Origin: Octopus sinensis
Taxonomy: Eukaryota
Assembly: GCF_006345805.1 (NCBI RefSeq)
Contig: NC_043001.1
Location: 74,524,001-74,588,000 of the forward strand
Direction of reading: 5' to 3'
Length of the DNA: 64,000 bases
Position numbers and translations under genes: made by a program. Under the pieces are notes generated by a model. The model saw only the letters and a program-made list of their open reading frames with translations, ran no database searches and had not been told where the DNA came from. Positions 36,294 through 50,549 of the stretch are shown here, in pieces (within the stretch, counting starts at the first letter, position 1; each line of letters starts with the position of its first letter).

Positions 36294-36479
36294 GTGCTGA
36301 AAAGTTCCTGGCTTTGATTAAGAAAAAATATAGGAGGATCAGTTAACTATAATTTTATTCAACATATTCCCCTCTCAGATTCACTTTTTTTAAGCCCTGT
36401 AAAAGGGCTTGGAAGGTTGGGCCTCCAACCAGGCCTTTCACAATATCCTTAAAACCAGGAACTTTTCAGCACCTCTTCA
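36294..36479. mobile_element. Mariner-type MITE
   Basis: TIR GTGCTGAAAAGTTCCTGG / CCAGGAACTTTTCAGCAC; second copy at 14880-15063. Confidence 0.75.
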
Positions 36480-38246
36480 TATACAATGATTGTTTCATCT
36501 AGACAAGACAGATGCAAATCAAAGTCACTTGATGTCACTGTAGAATGTTAATATAAGGGAGATTTGGTTGCTATTTATAGCAAAATAATTAAAAAGAAAT
36601 CATGTTGATACACCTTATTAATGGCCTGAATATGTTATGTGCATTCTGACTTAGTTCACACAAGGCCACTGCCATCACTAATTAACACTCACCAACAACA
36701 GAAACATGTCTGAAAGAATTAAAAGATAATTTGATGATGATCATCATAACGAAGATGATGATGTGCTACATTCAAGATATGTAAAAGGAAAGGGGACAAA
36801 TATAGCTATAAGGAAAACATTTTCTCTTTGTAACTATTTTCATTTTACTGTGAGACACTTTGGTCAAATGTTTTTCTAATACGGCCGCAGATTAGCTAAA
36901 AACCTTGTGTTGATTTTAGAAGGTAACTGCATGGAAGCCCGTGAAAGGGCCATATTCTTTCCTTTTTTGTTCTTGGTTGATAGATTTAATCTGTTGCCAT
37001 TTTAGCAATATCACAAAAAAAGTATCCAGTACACTGTAAAGCAGTTGGTGCTAAGAAGGGCATATAGCAGTAGAAACCATGGCAATGCAGAAATTGATGC
37101 TTGGCGAGGTCCTCTAACTTACCAGTTCTTGTTTAACCTAATTCTTGCCAGTATGGAAAATAGCCTCACTGATCTAACTCACCTAACCCTTGAGTATCCA
37201 TCTGAGTATAAATAATTCATTTCCTCCTACCAGTCTCAGAGGCTCTGAAAAGTGATCATAGGGCCGCACTCACTCCCTTTCTTCCATTAAGCATTCCTAC
37301 CTCAAAACCCCAATAAAAAACTGAGGTGTTATATCAGTGGTGATTTGGTAGAGATGTAAGGATGTTGGATAGATTGTCTAATAGTATTCCTTCTTCACTC
37401 TGAGTTTAAATATTTTGAGGTTGACCTCACCTTTCCTCCTTTGGCTGTGGTGGAGAGACAATAAACAAAGTACCAGTCATGCACTGGTGCTATTTCTTCC
37501 CATTCTTTCTCTGTCTTCCTCTCTCTTTCCAGAAATTATTGGTTGTAGTCAGAATGGATAATGATGATCTTTGTCAGGTCTAAAAATGTACAAGACACTG
37601 TGACACTTTGGGCAAGTTTCTTCTACTGTAACTCCAGGCTAACCAAAACCTTGAGAGTGGATTTGGTAGATGGAAACTATGTGTGTGTGTGTAAAATGCC
37701 CCTGTGCTGGTACCATGTAAAAAGCATCCAGCATGTTCTCTAAATCGGTTGGCTTTAGGAAGAGCATCCAGCCAAATCAGACACGAACCTAGTGTAGCTG
37801 GCCAGCTCTGGTCAAACTGTCCAGTTCATGCCAGCATGGAAAACAGACAATAAAAGGATGATGATGATTCATACACACACATATACACATAAATACAAAC
37901 ATACATATATATATATATATGTGTATAAGCATGAGCATGGAGAGGTGTGTGTGTGCATGCTACTAGTTCCTTGTTTTGATATGAGATGATAGTTGTAAAT
38001 GGGTATCACATTCAAACAAGCTGTGTTGTTTGGTTCCAATTTACATGGGGTAACATAAACTTACTTGGAAATGGATGATGGTAGGTGACAAGAAAAGCAT
38101 CCAGCTGTAGAAGACCTGCCTCAATAAATTCTACCTGATCCATGCAAGCATGGAATATTGAATATTAAAACAATAAATGATGATGATGATGATGATGAAT
38201 AGGTTGAAGATTTGGTTGGACAAGAAAAAGTAGGATGAAATCTTAC

Positions 38247-38475
38247 CTCAGTAACATCCATTTTAAGAAATTTCATCTCAGGACGGTGTGTTTGATTTTT
38301 GTCGAGCATTTGTTTGATAACAACAGAGCTGGTATCAATGTTTATTATTTGTTTAAAACCTGCATCAAACATGTCTGCACTTAGCTGTGAGTTACCACAA
38401 CCTACCATTAACACTTTATCTGTGGTTTTCACATATTTGCACAATACTGAGCAGAGGTCAGTGAATTCACCATAC
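38247..38475 (-). CDS. METTL13: METTL13 exon 2
   Basis: (W)YGEFTDLC...KVLMVGCGNSQLSADMFDAG...INIDTSSVVIKQM...KMDVTE, motif I of the N-terminal methyltransferase. Confidence 0.95.
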
Positions 38476-38925
38476 CTTTTGGAAAGACAAGAAAGCAAAA
38501 TTAGATGCAAGGAAATTCTTAAGAATATCAAAAGGAACATAATACAATCCCATTTTAGAGTGAATTTATGTCTTATAGAAAAGAACAACCATCTCCTAAC
38601 AATTATGGCATATTAATCTGGAAGTTTTTCACAGTATTATTAGAATCAACTAACTGCTTGCTCTAGTGTCTGTACGTGGTGTTAATCTCATATCTCTTAC
38701 TTCTCTCAGTCATTAGACTGTGGCCATACTGGGGCACATCCATGAAGAATTTTTTAGTTGAATTAACCACAGTACTAATTTTTTAAAGCATGCCTTTGTT
38801 CCAATTAAAGAAACAATAAAGAATCTAGTATAATTACTTAGTCATTCATGTTCTGATGTCAGGAATTGAACCAGGGCCACCTTGGTGAAAACCATGTCAT
38901 TATTAAGCTCATGTTTGAAACTTAA

Positions 38926-39146
38926 CCCTTTAGTATTCAGATTTTTCTGTCAAACATAAAGCTTATTTATTCACATTGTTTTGAGTTAATTAGGCTTTAT
39001 CTCGTAGCTTTAAGAGTTTACTAATGTGATTGTTGCAGTTTTAGAATGACATTGTAGGGTAGGTTTGAGAGATGAGATATGGTTGGTTTGAACATAAAAC
39101 AGATAAGATATTTGGGTTGGATATGGCTAGTTTAAATACGAAAGGG
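38926..39146. mobile_element. piggyBac-type MITE
   Basis: TTAA|CCCTTTAGTATT ... AATACGAAAGGG|TTAA. Confidence 0.75.
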
Positions 39147-39279
39147 TTAAATTAATATGAAACTATGACGGAAGCTTTTAAATTTGATCACTTCAAAACA
39201 GGAAGTTTTTATCATAGAACCAGGTATAGTTTCAGACAGACTGAAAAGGTTAAACAAATATCAAGATTAGTTTTCTTAC

Positions 39280-39371
39280 CATTCAAAAGGTTTCAGACCA
39301 CGAGTTTTGAAAAATCGGTCCCAGTAGGCATTGGAGCGGAAGTCTCGAGTATGATGAGGAAGCAAGTCCAT
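39280..39371 (-). CDS. METTL13: METTL13 (eEF1A lysine and N-terminal methyltransferase) exon 1
   Basis: MDLLPHHTRDFRSNAYWDRFFKTRGLKPFE(W), matching human [39 protein letters not shown] donor. Absent from the ORF track. Confidence 0.92.
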
Positions 39372-42300
39372 TATAATAAATTAAATTGATTTCAGGTGAA
39401 GGACTTAACTAAAATTACTGAAAGAAGAGAGAAAATATAGTAGAAGACCAACAAAGTAGATATCAAATTTTTTTAGAATATAATCACAGCAGTCTATATC
39501 TTTATAAAAACTACACAGAGATAGATTTATTATCCTTCATAAATTAGATATACTGGCTTTAGATTGTTTTGGTCATCAGGCCATGTTGGCCAAGATCAAA
39601 TGCGTGCATCAATATGGAGAGAGAGAGAGAGGGGGGGGAGACATATTAGCAAAGTGTTAAAGAAAGTAAAACTTAAATATATCAACTTCTATGTTTGTAT
39701 TTTCAAGGCTGATAAGTTGAAAAGGGGCATACACACATGCAAAAATGAAATATTCAATGGATTTCATTATTGACTGATGCCATACTGGAGCAAAACCATT
39801 GATTATAAAGAAGCACTCTAGTGAGGCATGAAATCATAACCCTTGATTTACAAAAACTCTGCTTTAACTGCTGATCTTATAAATGGATATGGTGATGCAA
39901 ACAGGAAAAATAGAACTCAAAATATGAGTATATGTATATTTTTATTAATATTAAGCAGAAACAACAGAGTGACTCAAGGGCTGAGAGTTTTATGCATTGG
40001 CATTATCAAACTTATATCATACATACATGTTGATTATAACAATAGAAAGAGTACTTTCAATACATGGTGTAGAGTATAATTATGTTTGACCAAGTGATAC
40101 CTTCTGTTTCATGTTTGACCATGATTAATCAGGTCTCTGCAACATTTGATAGTCATGATGGCCATTCCTATCATACACAGTTATAGTCAGTTGATTTTAG
40201 TTTATATCTATATCTATCTTATCATGTATATTTATGACCTGGTCACTGATACTGTTCCACAGATATCCAGTGTACACAGTGAAGTACAATATCAATGACC
40301 AGAAAAGTATGTGGATTGTCTCCTCTTAGCAAAGTATGCGCAATAGTGAAAGTATAAAAGTTAAGTAAACACATGGTTAGTGTTGAAAAGGTTTAAATTA
40401 AGTGTATTGTATAGCAGGATTACTGCAGTAATATAGCTTATCTTACATTATAGTCTAGTATCACACCACACTAAACCGACTCTCTTCGTGTTGGACGCCT
40501 AATAATTTTGCCTTTCCTGTTTTGTATTAACACCTTTTCTTTACTTTCGCAAAATGTCCACCTACAAATGACTAATCATCTATATGGCTTTCAGACCTGC
40601 TAGAAATAGCAACCAACTCGCCCTTAACGAATGATTTAGGCCAATATCCATCCTTGTTTTTAAACAGCTACAAGAAAGATGTATACAAATAAATTATTGA
40701 AATAGCTTTTAAACATTTATAAGGTAAGTTATAGAAAATAATTTAGATGACACATATTTCCTAATGATTGATATCGGTTCATTAAAGTTGACAAGAAATA
40801 GTTACTTGATCAGCTATAAATAGCAGCCAAATCTTCCAATAAAATGTAAAAGAACTGAAAGTTATGTCAAGCTTAAGCGAAAGTGTAAAAAGAAGAAATA
40901 TTTTGCCGAAAGCGAATTTATTGCAGGAGCTGCGAAACTTAGATTAGCGTTCATCGCACATCATGACTCGACAAACTACTTATAGCAAATGGTATATAAA
41001 ATGAATTTGGCATTTCTTCTTTTATTACAAACTATATTACTATGGATATAATATTGAAGACTTGATTATTTCCGACAGAAAAATAAAATTTCCTCAACGA
41101 CTCTGCCATATATTAGTCAATTTAAGTTAGTATCAATGTAACAAATGTTTTGCTAAATTATTTAAGCTTATTTTAGGCAACAGAAAAATAAAAGCCCTAC
41201 TAAGAATAAATAAAAATAATAATTATAATGATAATAGACAAAATTAATTTCAGCAGTTAATTCACAAATAATTTAAGTTCAGGAAATTAATTTTATAAGC
41301 GATCGCTATCTCCGAATTTCGGGTTTAGCTTGCTACATACATGTTCGTAAAGGCGGTCTACGGTAAATAATATTGGATTAGATCAAGATTCAATAGAATG
41401 CAAATGAATATATATATATATATATACAGCTGTATATGTATGTATATTTAACCTTAAAGGGTTGACATGTCCCACCATGGGTCAGCATTTCCAGTAACGT
41501 TTGTTCTTTAATTTTAATTTAGAGAAGAGCTACACGTGCGTGTTGACAACCAAGGGAGATAAACAACAATTTACAACTAGTAACTTGCTGGTGATTTCCC
41601 CTTTGATTGCTAGCTTCAGACTAGCAATCAAAGTTACGTTACATCGTTGCACAGTATACGAATACCGACGGAAGGATCCAGGCAAACCAGGTGATTGAAC
41701 GATTAATCAAGTGTTCGAATAATTAATTGGTTAGCTAAATGACAAATAATAGCTGTTACAAATTTAGGTACAAGGGCAACAATTATGAGGAAATTAGTTA
41801 ATCAATCGATGCTATCGAGCCCGTCAACCCCGAAGGGATGAAAAGATTTGAATCTCTAACGTAAAAAGCCATTAATAGCACAGCAAACGCGTATTTTTCA
41901 GACACTAACTCTGTACGTGTATATTTGATTTGCAAAACTGCTCATCGGTTTCAATACGCGGTTTTAAATCAATAATCTTAAAAAGTAAATTCCAAAACGA
42001 AATACGTTTCTATTAAAATGACTTGTTTATCAGTGTTGTTCTTGTTATTTAGTTCCAGATCAGTCATAATATTGACGTTTTGTAAAAGACAATCCACCCA
42101 TGACCATCATAGGCTGCGTTTAATATATCTTTACTTATCTTTTCAAAGCTTTTAGAGTATGATTTCAGGGAGATTTTTGCGATATTTCTAACTGTTCGAG
42201 TGAGGATATAAAGGATCTCTCGTTGATTCGAGCAGTGTGTGATACGAGGGAGTGTGTAACTATTATTTCTAGCAAAAGGGGTGTCTGTGCAAAGGCTCTC

Positions 42301-42619
42301 TAGGGACTACAGCAGAAATATTTTAATCTTTCGGTTATTAGGGTTTTTTTTTTAGTACCAAGCTGCTCTCTTCTCTTTAGTTGCCACATAAAGACATACG
42401 ATGTCAGTGGATTTCAATTAATTTTGAAAATAATCGAAGATTGGGAGAGGTTAAATAAAATAACAATTACATCGTGAAAAACCATTTTAGACATTAAAGA
42501 CAGGCCGCTGTGGAACGACGAAAAATTTCCGCTTTTACTTTGTAGTAGCTGAATACGAAGGAAGGGGTAGTATTCACAGCCATTACAGTGTTCTCTGAGA
42601 CTGGGGAGATTAACACAAT

Positions 42620-43080
42620 TAATGTTCGAATACACCACTTATAGTCAACAGCAGCGGGAAAGACACGAGTTCTGGGAATTCCAGAGGGGCGGTGTTCTGG
42701 GAAAGAAGGGATAGGTATAAGGATAAGTGCGGGACCCGGTGGGGGTTGAACAAGTGAGAAGGAGAGACGAGTAGGGCAGGAATATTTGAGTGATGACCTG
42801 AGTCCAGTCAACTCTGAGGAGCAGCGACCATTAAAGAAACAGTAGAAACATTTGAGGGAGAAGGCAGCATACGTCTGGGCCGGAGGCTGGAATGTATCCT
42901 TGAATGACTTCATGCCAATCGGTCTGGTAGTATTTTCTTGATGCGATTTAGGATGTCTGTGAAGGCCTCTGTTCTTCGGTGTTGGCTGGTCTTGTGTCTT
43001 CTCTCGTTACTCTTGTTGCGTTCACCCCACCAAGCACCACACTGATCACTTATCCGAGTCCATTCTCCTTGGAACATCAC
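42620..43080 (-). mobile_element. CR1/Jockey-like LINE 3' fragment
   Basis: FYCFFNGRCSSELTGL...PTRLS..., resembling the FYRYFHGRCSSEL...WNSLP C-terminus of such RT ORFs. Confidence 0.6.
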
Positions 43081-43649
43081 CTCTCTAAAATATCCTCCCC
43101 ACTCATGTCATTCCTGTAGATGTCGCCTCGCAATAGTTTAAACAGAATATTAATAGCATCGAAACTAACAGGTCACGAAGTACTTACAAACTTCACGGTA
43201 ATTGTTCCTTCCTTTATATCCAAAAGCAACAACTACAATAACAAGCATCAACCCTCCATTGGGGGCATCACCCCAGCTTCGGAGTTTCAATAATAGTTGG
43301 AGACTGAAACACCTTCTGGCCGTGAAGAGAAAGGATAGAAGTTGAAATGTGGTCATAGCAATTTAAGGATGTGCTTTCGCCAGAAATTCTTGATGATATT
43401 GAGGTCCTAAATTTGGAGCGACTTTAAGGGCTCTGGTTGCGTGCTGCTCATGTTTAAGGGAAGTGAGATGTAATGATGTTTACTCGATATGAGTAGTGCC
43501 TGTGTTTGCTTGCTGTTCAAGAGACAATACTAGTAAATCCTCATTAGAAGATGCTTTCAAAGTCGCTGTCAATGATGTCAGTACGAGTTTAGGAATAATG
43601 TCTAATTTGCGTATGGAAGTTACAGGGTTAAATATGGTTAGGAAAGAAC

Positions 43650-43880
43650 GAAGGGTTGTATCATTATTATTTTCAAATTTTGGCACAAGACCATCAAGTT
43701 CGGGGGTAGGGTTAAGTCGATTACATCGATCCCAATGCCCAACTGGCATTTATTGACCCTGAAAGGATGAAAGACAAAGTCGATCTTGGCTGAATTTGAA
43801 CTCAGAACGTAAGGACGGACGAAATGCCGCAAAGCATTTGGCTCGGCGCGCTAACGATTCTGCCAGTTCATTGCCTTTAG
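43650..43880 (-). mobile_element. SINE family B (CpG retained)
   Basis: Reverse complement of the 44371 copy. Confidence 0.8.
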
Positions 43881-44029
43881 TCGAAAGAAAATACTAATTT
43901 TATCAAAGGCGGTTATTTGGCAGAATCGTTAACGCTTCGGACAAAATGTTTTGCATTAAATTTTCTGGCTCTTAAATTCCAACCTAAACTTTCATCTCCG
44001 CATTTTACTTCTCGATTTTACTTGTTGCG

Positions 44030-44365
44030 GTTAATTCTGTAAGAGCGGGCAGCAACCTGTTGCCAAATGTTGCCAAAGATCTCACAAGGTCTCTTTCCAC
44101 GATAATTAACACCGAAGCGCTAATCTCAAAATTCACGCTGTCTCCAAAAGAGCAATTGTCTGAACATGTTCTACCCTCACGTCAATATCAATTTCTCAAG
44201 CCTGGTTGTTCGTGCTCCCAATGCCCCTACAACTACTGGGATGATAGTTACTCTCTTCATTGCCCACATTCGCAGAATTTCGTCTTTTAGTAGCTTGTAT
44301 TTTTCATTAATTTCCAGCTCTTTATCACCCATGCGTGCGTCTCAAGGTATGGCAATATCTATGAT
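44030..44365 (-). mobile_element. Dong/R4-type RLE LINE 3' fragment
   Basis: IDIAIP*DARMGDKELEINEKYKLLKDEILRMWAMKRVTIIPVVVGALG, homologous to the RLE ends at 56359 and 57651. Confidence 0.75.
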
Positions 44366-44370
44366 TTTTA

Positions 44371-44760
44371 AGGTGGCGAGCTGGCAGAAACGTTAGTACG
44401 CCGGGCGAAATGCTTAGCAGTATTTCATCTGTCGCATCGTTTTGAGTTCAAATTCCGCCGAAGTCGACTTTGCCTTTTATCCTTTCGGGGTCGATTAAAT
44501 AAGTACCAGTTACGCACTGGGGTCGATATAATCGACTTAATCCGTTTGCCTGTCCTTGTTTGTCCTCTCTGTGTTTAGCCCCTTGTGGGTAGTAAAGAAA
44601 TAGGTATTTCGTCTGTCTTTGCGTTCTGAGTTCAAATTCCGCCGATGTCGTCTTTACCTTTTATCCTTTCGGGGGCGATAAATTGAGTACCAATTACAAT
44701 CTAATCGACTGGCTCCTTCCCCCAAAATTTCGGGCCTTGTGCCTAGAGTAGAAAAGAATA
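44371..44760 (+). mobile_element. Composite (dimeric) SINE family B
   Basis: Head + GTCGACTTTGCCTTTTATCCTTTCGGGGTCGAT core + tail ending GCCCCTTGTGGGTAGTAAAGAAAT, then a second 5'-truncated unit; same architecture at 62735-63090. Confidence 0.85.
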
Positions 44761-44984
44761 TCTATGATCTTTGTTTCTTTATTTCTTTTATCCATTATTA
44801 CAACGTCTGGCCTCTGAGCGTCAATCACTGAGTCATTCTGGATTGTAAAATCTCATAAAATCTTATAATCATTGTTCTCGGTGGCGTCTTTTGGTTCATG
44901 TTCGTACCACATCCGTATTCTTTCAAGACTGTACTTCTTACACAATTTCCAGCGAACAAACTTAACCACGTTATCGTGCTTTCG

Positions 44985-44992
44985 TCATCATT

Positions 44993-45060
<68 letters not shown>

Positions 45061-45078
45061 TATCATCATCATCATCAT
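44985..45078. repeat. (CAT)n microsatellite
   Basis: About 30 near-perfect units. Confidence 0.95.
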
Positions 45079-45382
45079 TTCGTTTTATGTTCTTTTGTTA
45101 TTAAAATTTGATAAGCATGTAAATGTTCTAATTGCTACTTAGATTTTAATTAATGTTGAATATTAAAAAATCTTTTGTTCTAAATATTATAGATTTAATC
45201 ACACGCCTGGAACAATCATACAAAAGATCAAATAAATTGGAAATTTACCGTGAGACACGCCACTGCTTTGAACAGTTGTCCAGCTGGTTTATGGAGAAGA
45301 AGGTTGAGCTTTTTCAGAACCTTATTGTCTTGTTTTTTCTTGATAGAGTTAATACTTTTAACGCGCTTCACTGTAAGAGGGT

Positions 45383-46018
45383 GAGTGAGTGAGAAAAAGG
45401 GAAACAAAGAAAGAGAGAGAAAGTGAGTGAGAGAGAGAGAGAGAGAGAAAGTGAGTGAGAGAGAGAGAGAGACAGAGTTAATTGAGCGAGATAGAATGAG
45501 AGAGGTGGGAGAGAGTGTGAGAGAGAGCGAGAGAGAACGAGAGCAAAGGAGAGAGAGAGCAAGAGAGAGAGAGAGAGAGGAGGGCCAAAGAGGAGCGAGA
45601 GCGAGAAAGAGGCGAGCAAGAGGGAGAGTGAGGTGAGGGAGGGAAAAGAGGGCGAGAGAGTGTGTGTGAGAAAGAGGGAGCAAGAGAGAGAGAAGAGAGA
45701 GAGGAAGGAAGAGAGAAGACAATGAGAGTGAAAGCGAGTGAGATAGAGTAAGAGAGAGAGAGGTAGGAAAAGCGAGAGAAAGAGAGAGAGAGTGTGTGTG
45801 AGAGGGGAGCGAGAGGAGATGAGCGTGACAAAGAGAGGAAGTGAGAGAGAGAGCTAGAGGGGAACGATAGAGGGAAAGGGAGAGAGGGCAGGAGAGAATA
45901 TGTGTGCGTGTGTATGTGAGAGAGAGAGAGAAAGTGTGTGTGTGTGTGTGTGCGTGCGTGTGTGTGCGTGTGTGTGTGTGTGCGTGCGTGTGTGTGTGTG
46001 TGCGTGTGTGTGTGCGTA

Positions 46019-46050
<32 letters not shown>
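45383..46050. repeat. Compound (GA)n polypurine / (GT)n tract
   Basis: About 500 bp purine-rich on the + strand, followed by (TG)n and (GA)n. Confidence 0.9.
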
Positions 46051-46963
46051 TGTTTGTAAGAGACAAGATATGTGTGTTTTGTGTTGACAGTAACATTTTG
46101 TCATAAGCTTTGGCACTAGGCCAGTAATTTTAGGGAGAAAGAGTTAATCCATAACACAGATCTCAGTACTTGAGTGATATTTCATTTAATCGAACTTGAA
46201 AGAATAAAAGGTAAAGGTGAATTCGGCGGAATTTGAACTCAGAACGTAAAGCATTTTGTCTGACGTGCTAACGATCCTACCAGCTTGCCGCTTTTGTATT
46301 GGTAGTGACATAGAACAACGGATCCTAACCCTGGTTCCATAGACACCTGGAGCCCCACATAAGTAATACTACTAAGGATCTGTGATATGAGTTCAAATTT
46401 CACTATAGACTTTTCAAAAAACCTCGTTTCTGGTGGAAAATTAATTTCAATAATGTCTGATAATTCTTGTTAAAGAGCAGGATCGATAAAGTGGTCACTA
46501 TCGACTCCTTGTGTTCTACGAGCTACCATGCCAGCATGAATGTCCTTTGGGGGCTAAACCATTTTTCTGCAGGTACTTGGTAACGTCAGGGTGCCAAATT
46601 TTGTACATTTTCAAGAGAAGTCGTTATTAGTTGCTTTTGAAGTCAGTTTACCCGGAAAGAAACAATGCGGTTATTAATAAAAGGATTGAAATTAATGTAT
46701 GCAAGATTTCACAGCTCTGACATCACTCCTTCGTAACCAATTTGCGGACTTTTCAGTCCATCCTCGTATGTGGTTATCCAAACGCTCGATAATCACTGAA
46801 ACGATTTGGAGTATTAAGAGTGCTGAATTATAAGCGAACTGAATCGGGGAGAGCGTAGTAATTTAAAGCTAAAACACATTACTTTCCATCCGTATATTGA
46901 TAAGATTACTAGTATTCACCAAACATATTTCATTAAAAAAATTCCGACGATATCAATATAATA

Positions 46964-47128
46964 GGCGCAGGAGTGGCTGTGTGGTAAGTAGCTTGCTTAT
47001 CAACCACATGGTTCTGAGTTCAGTCTCACTGCGTGGCACTTTCAGCAAGTGTCTTCTACTTTAGCCTCGGTCCGACCAAAGCCTTGTGAGTGGATTTGGT
47101 AGACGGAAACTGAAAGAAGCCCGTCGTA

Positions 47129-47206
<78 letters not shown>

Positions 47207-47418
47207 CACACACATATATATGTGTGTGTGTGTATATGTTTGTGTGTCTGTGTTTGTCCCCCAGCATCGCTTGACAACCGATACTGGTGTGTTTACGTCC
47301 CCGTAACTTAGCGGTTCGGCAAAAAAAAGTCCTGGGGGCGATTTTCTCGACTAAAGGCGGTGCCCAGCATGGCCGCAGTCAAATGACTGAAACAAGTAAA
47401 AGAGTTAAAGAGTAAAAG
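46964..47418 (+). mobile_element. tRNA-derived SINE, family A, with expanded internal (TA)n
   Basis: Best-preserved copy; (TA)n at about 47128-47215; CpGs retained. Confidence 0.9.
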
Positions 47419-47954
47419 AATAATATCACTGAATTCCCGCTGGTAGAATCGTTATCACACCGTACAAAATGCTTAGCGGCTTCCAGGATCGATAAAATAA
47501 GTACCAGTTGAACACTGGGGTCGTTATAATCGACATGACTCATATCCCGAAATTGCTGGTCTTGTGATAAAACTTGAAACGAATATAAAACCATTGAATT
47601 TTTATTGTTCTTCATCAATTTTGTTAAGTAAAATTTCTTAAATATTTGTTAAGTAAAATTTCTTTAAATATTTCTTTTTCAAATGCAGTAGAAACAAAAG
47701 AATAAAGAGAATATTGTTTTTAAATCAAGAACATTTTTCTTATCATACTTTTAATTCTAAATTAGAAATTTGCATGATGGTGGGTGGGGATGGTGGGTTA
47801 TCAATGGTTCCACGAAAGATTTAATGATAAAAGAAGCTTGCCAACCTCTGATAAAGAGTTTCATAGATGAAAAATATTGAGGTAAGGACTGTGTCCTCCA
47901 ACCAATGTGTTTCTCAGTACCTGGCGTCAGATTTCCACAGATCGACGGTCAGTG

Positions 47955-48069
<115 letters not shown>

Positions 48070-48552
48070 CATATATAGGTGTACACACACACACTATATA
48101 TATATAAAGTTCAAAGATGAGATCAAAGCAGCTGTTTCTGGGAGCTCGGTTGTCCATAATAATGTTTGTTGATTGATTCTAGCATAGGATGAGACGAGCC
48201 TCCGTCTTCAAGGAAGAGATCTTACATATGAGGTGTTAAAGGAAATAAGTTCAGAGATGTTCCCTCCTAGGCCAACTTTGCCTTGAATTCTCTCGGAGTC
48301 GATAAAATAAAGTACAAGTTAATTACTGGGGTCGATGTAATCAAGTAATCCTATCCCCCGAACATTACTGGTCTTGCGCCAAAAATTTAAAAGAATTATT
48401 GTTCGAGATATAGATAGAAGAATCAGTAGGAGATCAAGCAGACTACCTTGTGGTATTTAGGTGGGTCGTCTTACTCTGTGATCCCCTCACTGGATCATCT
48501 CACCTACTTGGCAAGCTCGTCAAGATCATAGGTACTTTTCTTTTCCTGACTA

Positions 48553-48870
48553 AAATGGTACTCCGTCGGTTACGACGACGAAGGTTCCAGTCGATTCGAT
48601 TAACGGAACTACCTGATCGCGAAATTAACGTGCACGTAGCTGAGCACTCCACAGATACGCGTACCTTTAAAATAGTTTTCAGGGAGATTCAGTGTGACAC
48701 CGAATGTGACAAGGTTGGCCCTTTGTATTACTGGTACAGCTCATTTTTGTCAGGTATGGAGCAAAGTGAAATAAAGTATCTTGCTCAAGAACACACCGTG
48801 CCGCCAGGAATCGAACTCACGACTCTCCGATCGTGAGCTGAATACCCTAGCCGCTAAGCCACGCGTCTTT
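48553..48870 (-). mobile_element. tRNA-derived SINE, family C
   Basis: Reverse complement of 61212-61537; A-box- and B-box-like head. Confidence 0.8.
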
Positions 48871-49949
48871 CTGACTATTGAACAAAGTATAAAGCGTTTC
48901 AGTGTTGCCTTCCAGTTTGATAATAAAGTTATCAGTCAAATACTGGGATAAATTTCGCAGAATTACACCAAATTCCTACTAAAAGCGAATTCTGGATAAA
49001 TGGAGGAAATTGGTAGATAGAGAATTGGTAGAACATCGGGCAAAAATAGTCGTAGAATAGATTGAGTAAAATAGATAGGTACTGTCTGGAGGCTAGGACT
49101 CAAAGACCCAGTTACTCAGTTTCTATGGCGTATAAGTAACCAAGATCAGAGTATGGCTCCTGTGTGGGGCGCCAGTCCATTGTAAGGTTACTCATTTTCA
49201 GCCGAGTCAGCTGGAACAACGTGAAATGAAGTGTTTGTCTCAAGAACACAATACACCACTTGATCCGAGAATCGAAACCACGACCTTGCGGCTTTACAAC
49301 ACCCTAATCACTAGGTCACACGTCTCCAACAACGACAGAGACCTTATTTCTATATGGTATGTAGGACGCTCCTACGTTGCATTTCCCCTCCCTCATATTA
49401 CTAATTTAAGGCAGTAGGGTAGATTTGGTTGCTATTCTTGGAAGGTGAACCAACTCGGTAGTCAATAGCTCTATATGGCATTTATCTTAGTAGGCTAATT
49501 GACGAGAATTTCCCACCGAGATTATTATAATTATTATTCAAATTAGTCATTATTGAAAGAACAATTCTAAATAAGGAAGTATTTCAGCTATCAAGTTACG
49601 TTGTGCATACTAAAACTAGTGAGCTTGTAGACGGTCGCTAGGTCAGCCAAAAATAGTAGTCAAAGTTTCCCATTTTCCATAAATCCCATAGAACCGCCGT
49701 GGAAAAATGACATATTTAAATATACACCCATTTTCTACAACGGTACTGTGTGCTTCAAGTTCTAAACGTGATGGTCACAAATGGAACAATGCTGAGCAAA
49801 TGTCTGAAAGGAGAGTAGAAACGTAAAAGTCACCGCCACGAACATTCTAAACTCTGCATTTAGTTCAGAATTGATTCTGTTTGTTTCGAATATAACAAAA
49901 TAAGAAAACTGTAGATCGTCTGTATCAGTAAGAATTAATAAAGTAAAGA

Positions 49950-49950
<1 letters not shown>

Positions 49951-50001
<51 letters not shown>

Positions 50002-50028
50002 TGTGTGTGTATGTGTGTGTGTGTGTGT
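49951..50028. repeat. (TG)n microsatellite
   Basis: Visible directly in the sequence. Confidence 0.95.
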
Positions 50029-50247
50029 GCATGAAGACATCCATATTTAATACAACCGCATGATATCGAGTATTCATATTTTGTTTGTGATAATATTTTA
50101 ATTTCCTATATATATATATATACATTCATAAATGAGGGTGAAAAATTAGATATTAATTTAATAATACCATCATTTTAACACCAAGTGGCCTAGCACACAC
50201 ACATACACACACACACATATATATATATAATATATATATATATATAT

Positions 50248-50284
<37 letters not shown>

Positions 50285-50549
50285 ATGCGTCTGTGTGTAT
50301 GTGCGTGCGTGCGTGCATGTGTGTGTGTGTGTGTAGAAAGAAGAAAATATCCGAAAATATCTTGGTACAAGCAGTTAGTATCAAGCATATACACAGCGCG
50401 TATAGAGGACATAAAGCAGATTATATTCGTTCAGGAAAGCTTATTTATCAACGTATGTTATACACTGCATCCGATATCGAATTAGATGGTGATTTTGATA
50501 AGTTTACCGCCACTATATAACACACGGCTTAGCAACAAAGATTGCTTGC

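Noticed and set aside
40860-41700. Possible first exon of a plus-strand gene divergent from METTL13
   Set aside because: Only short ORFs and isolated GT donors, with no recognisable product or downstream exons; transcript data are needed.
43170-43620. Possible degraded LINE endonuclease (LAVQET-like motif)
   Set aside because: Too many stops and only one weak motif to classify by eye.
50293-50520. Non-repetitive ORF segment after a (GT)n tract, as a candidate exon
   Set aside because: No recognisable homology, poor polypyrimidine tract, and no partner exons.
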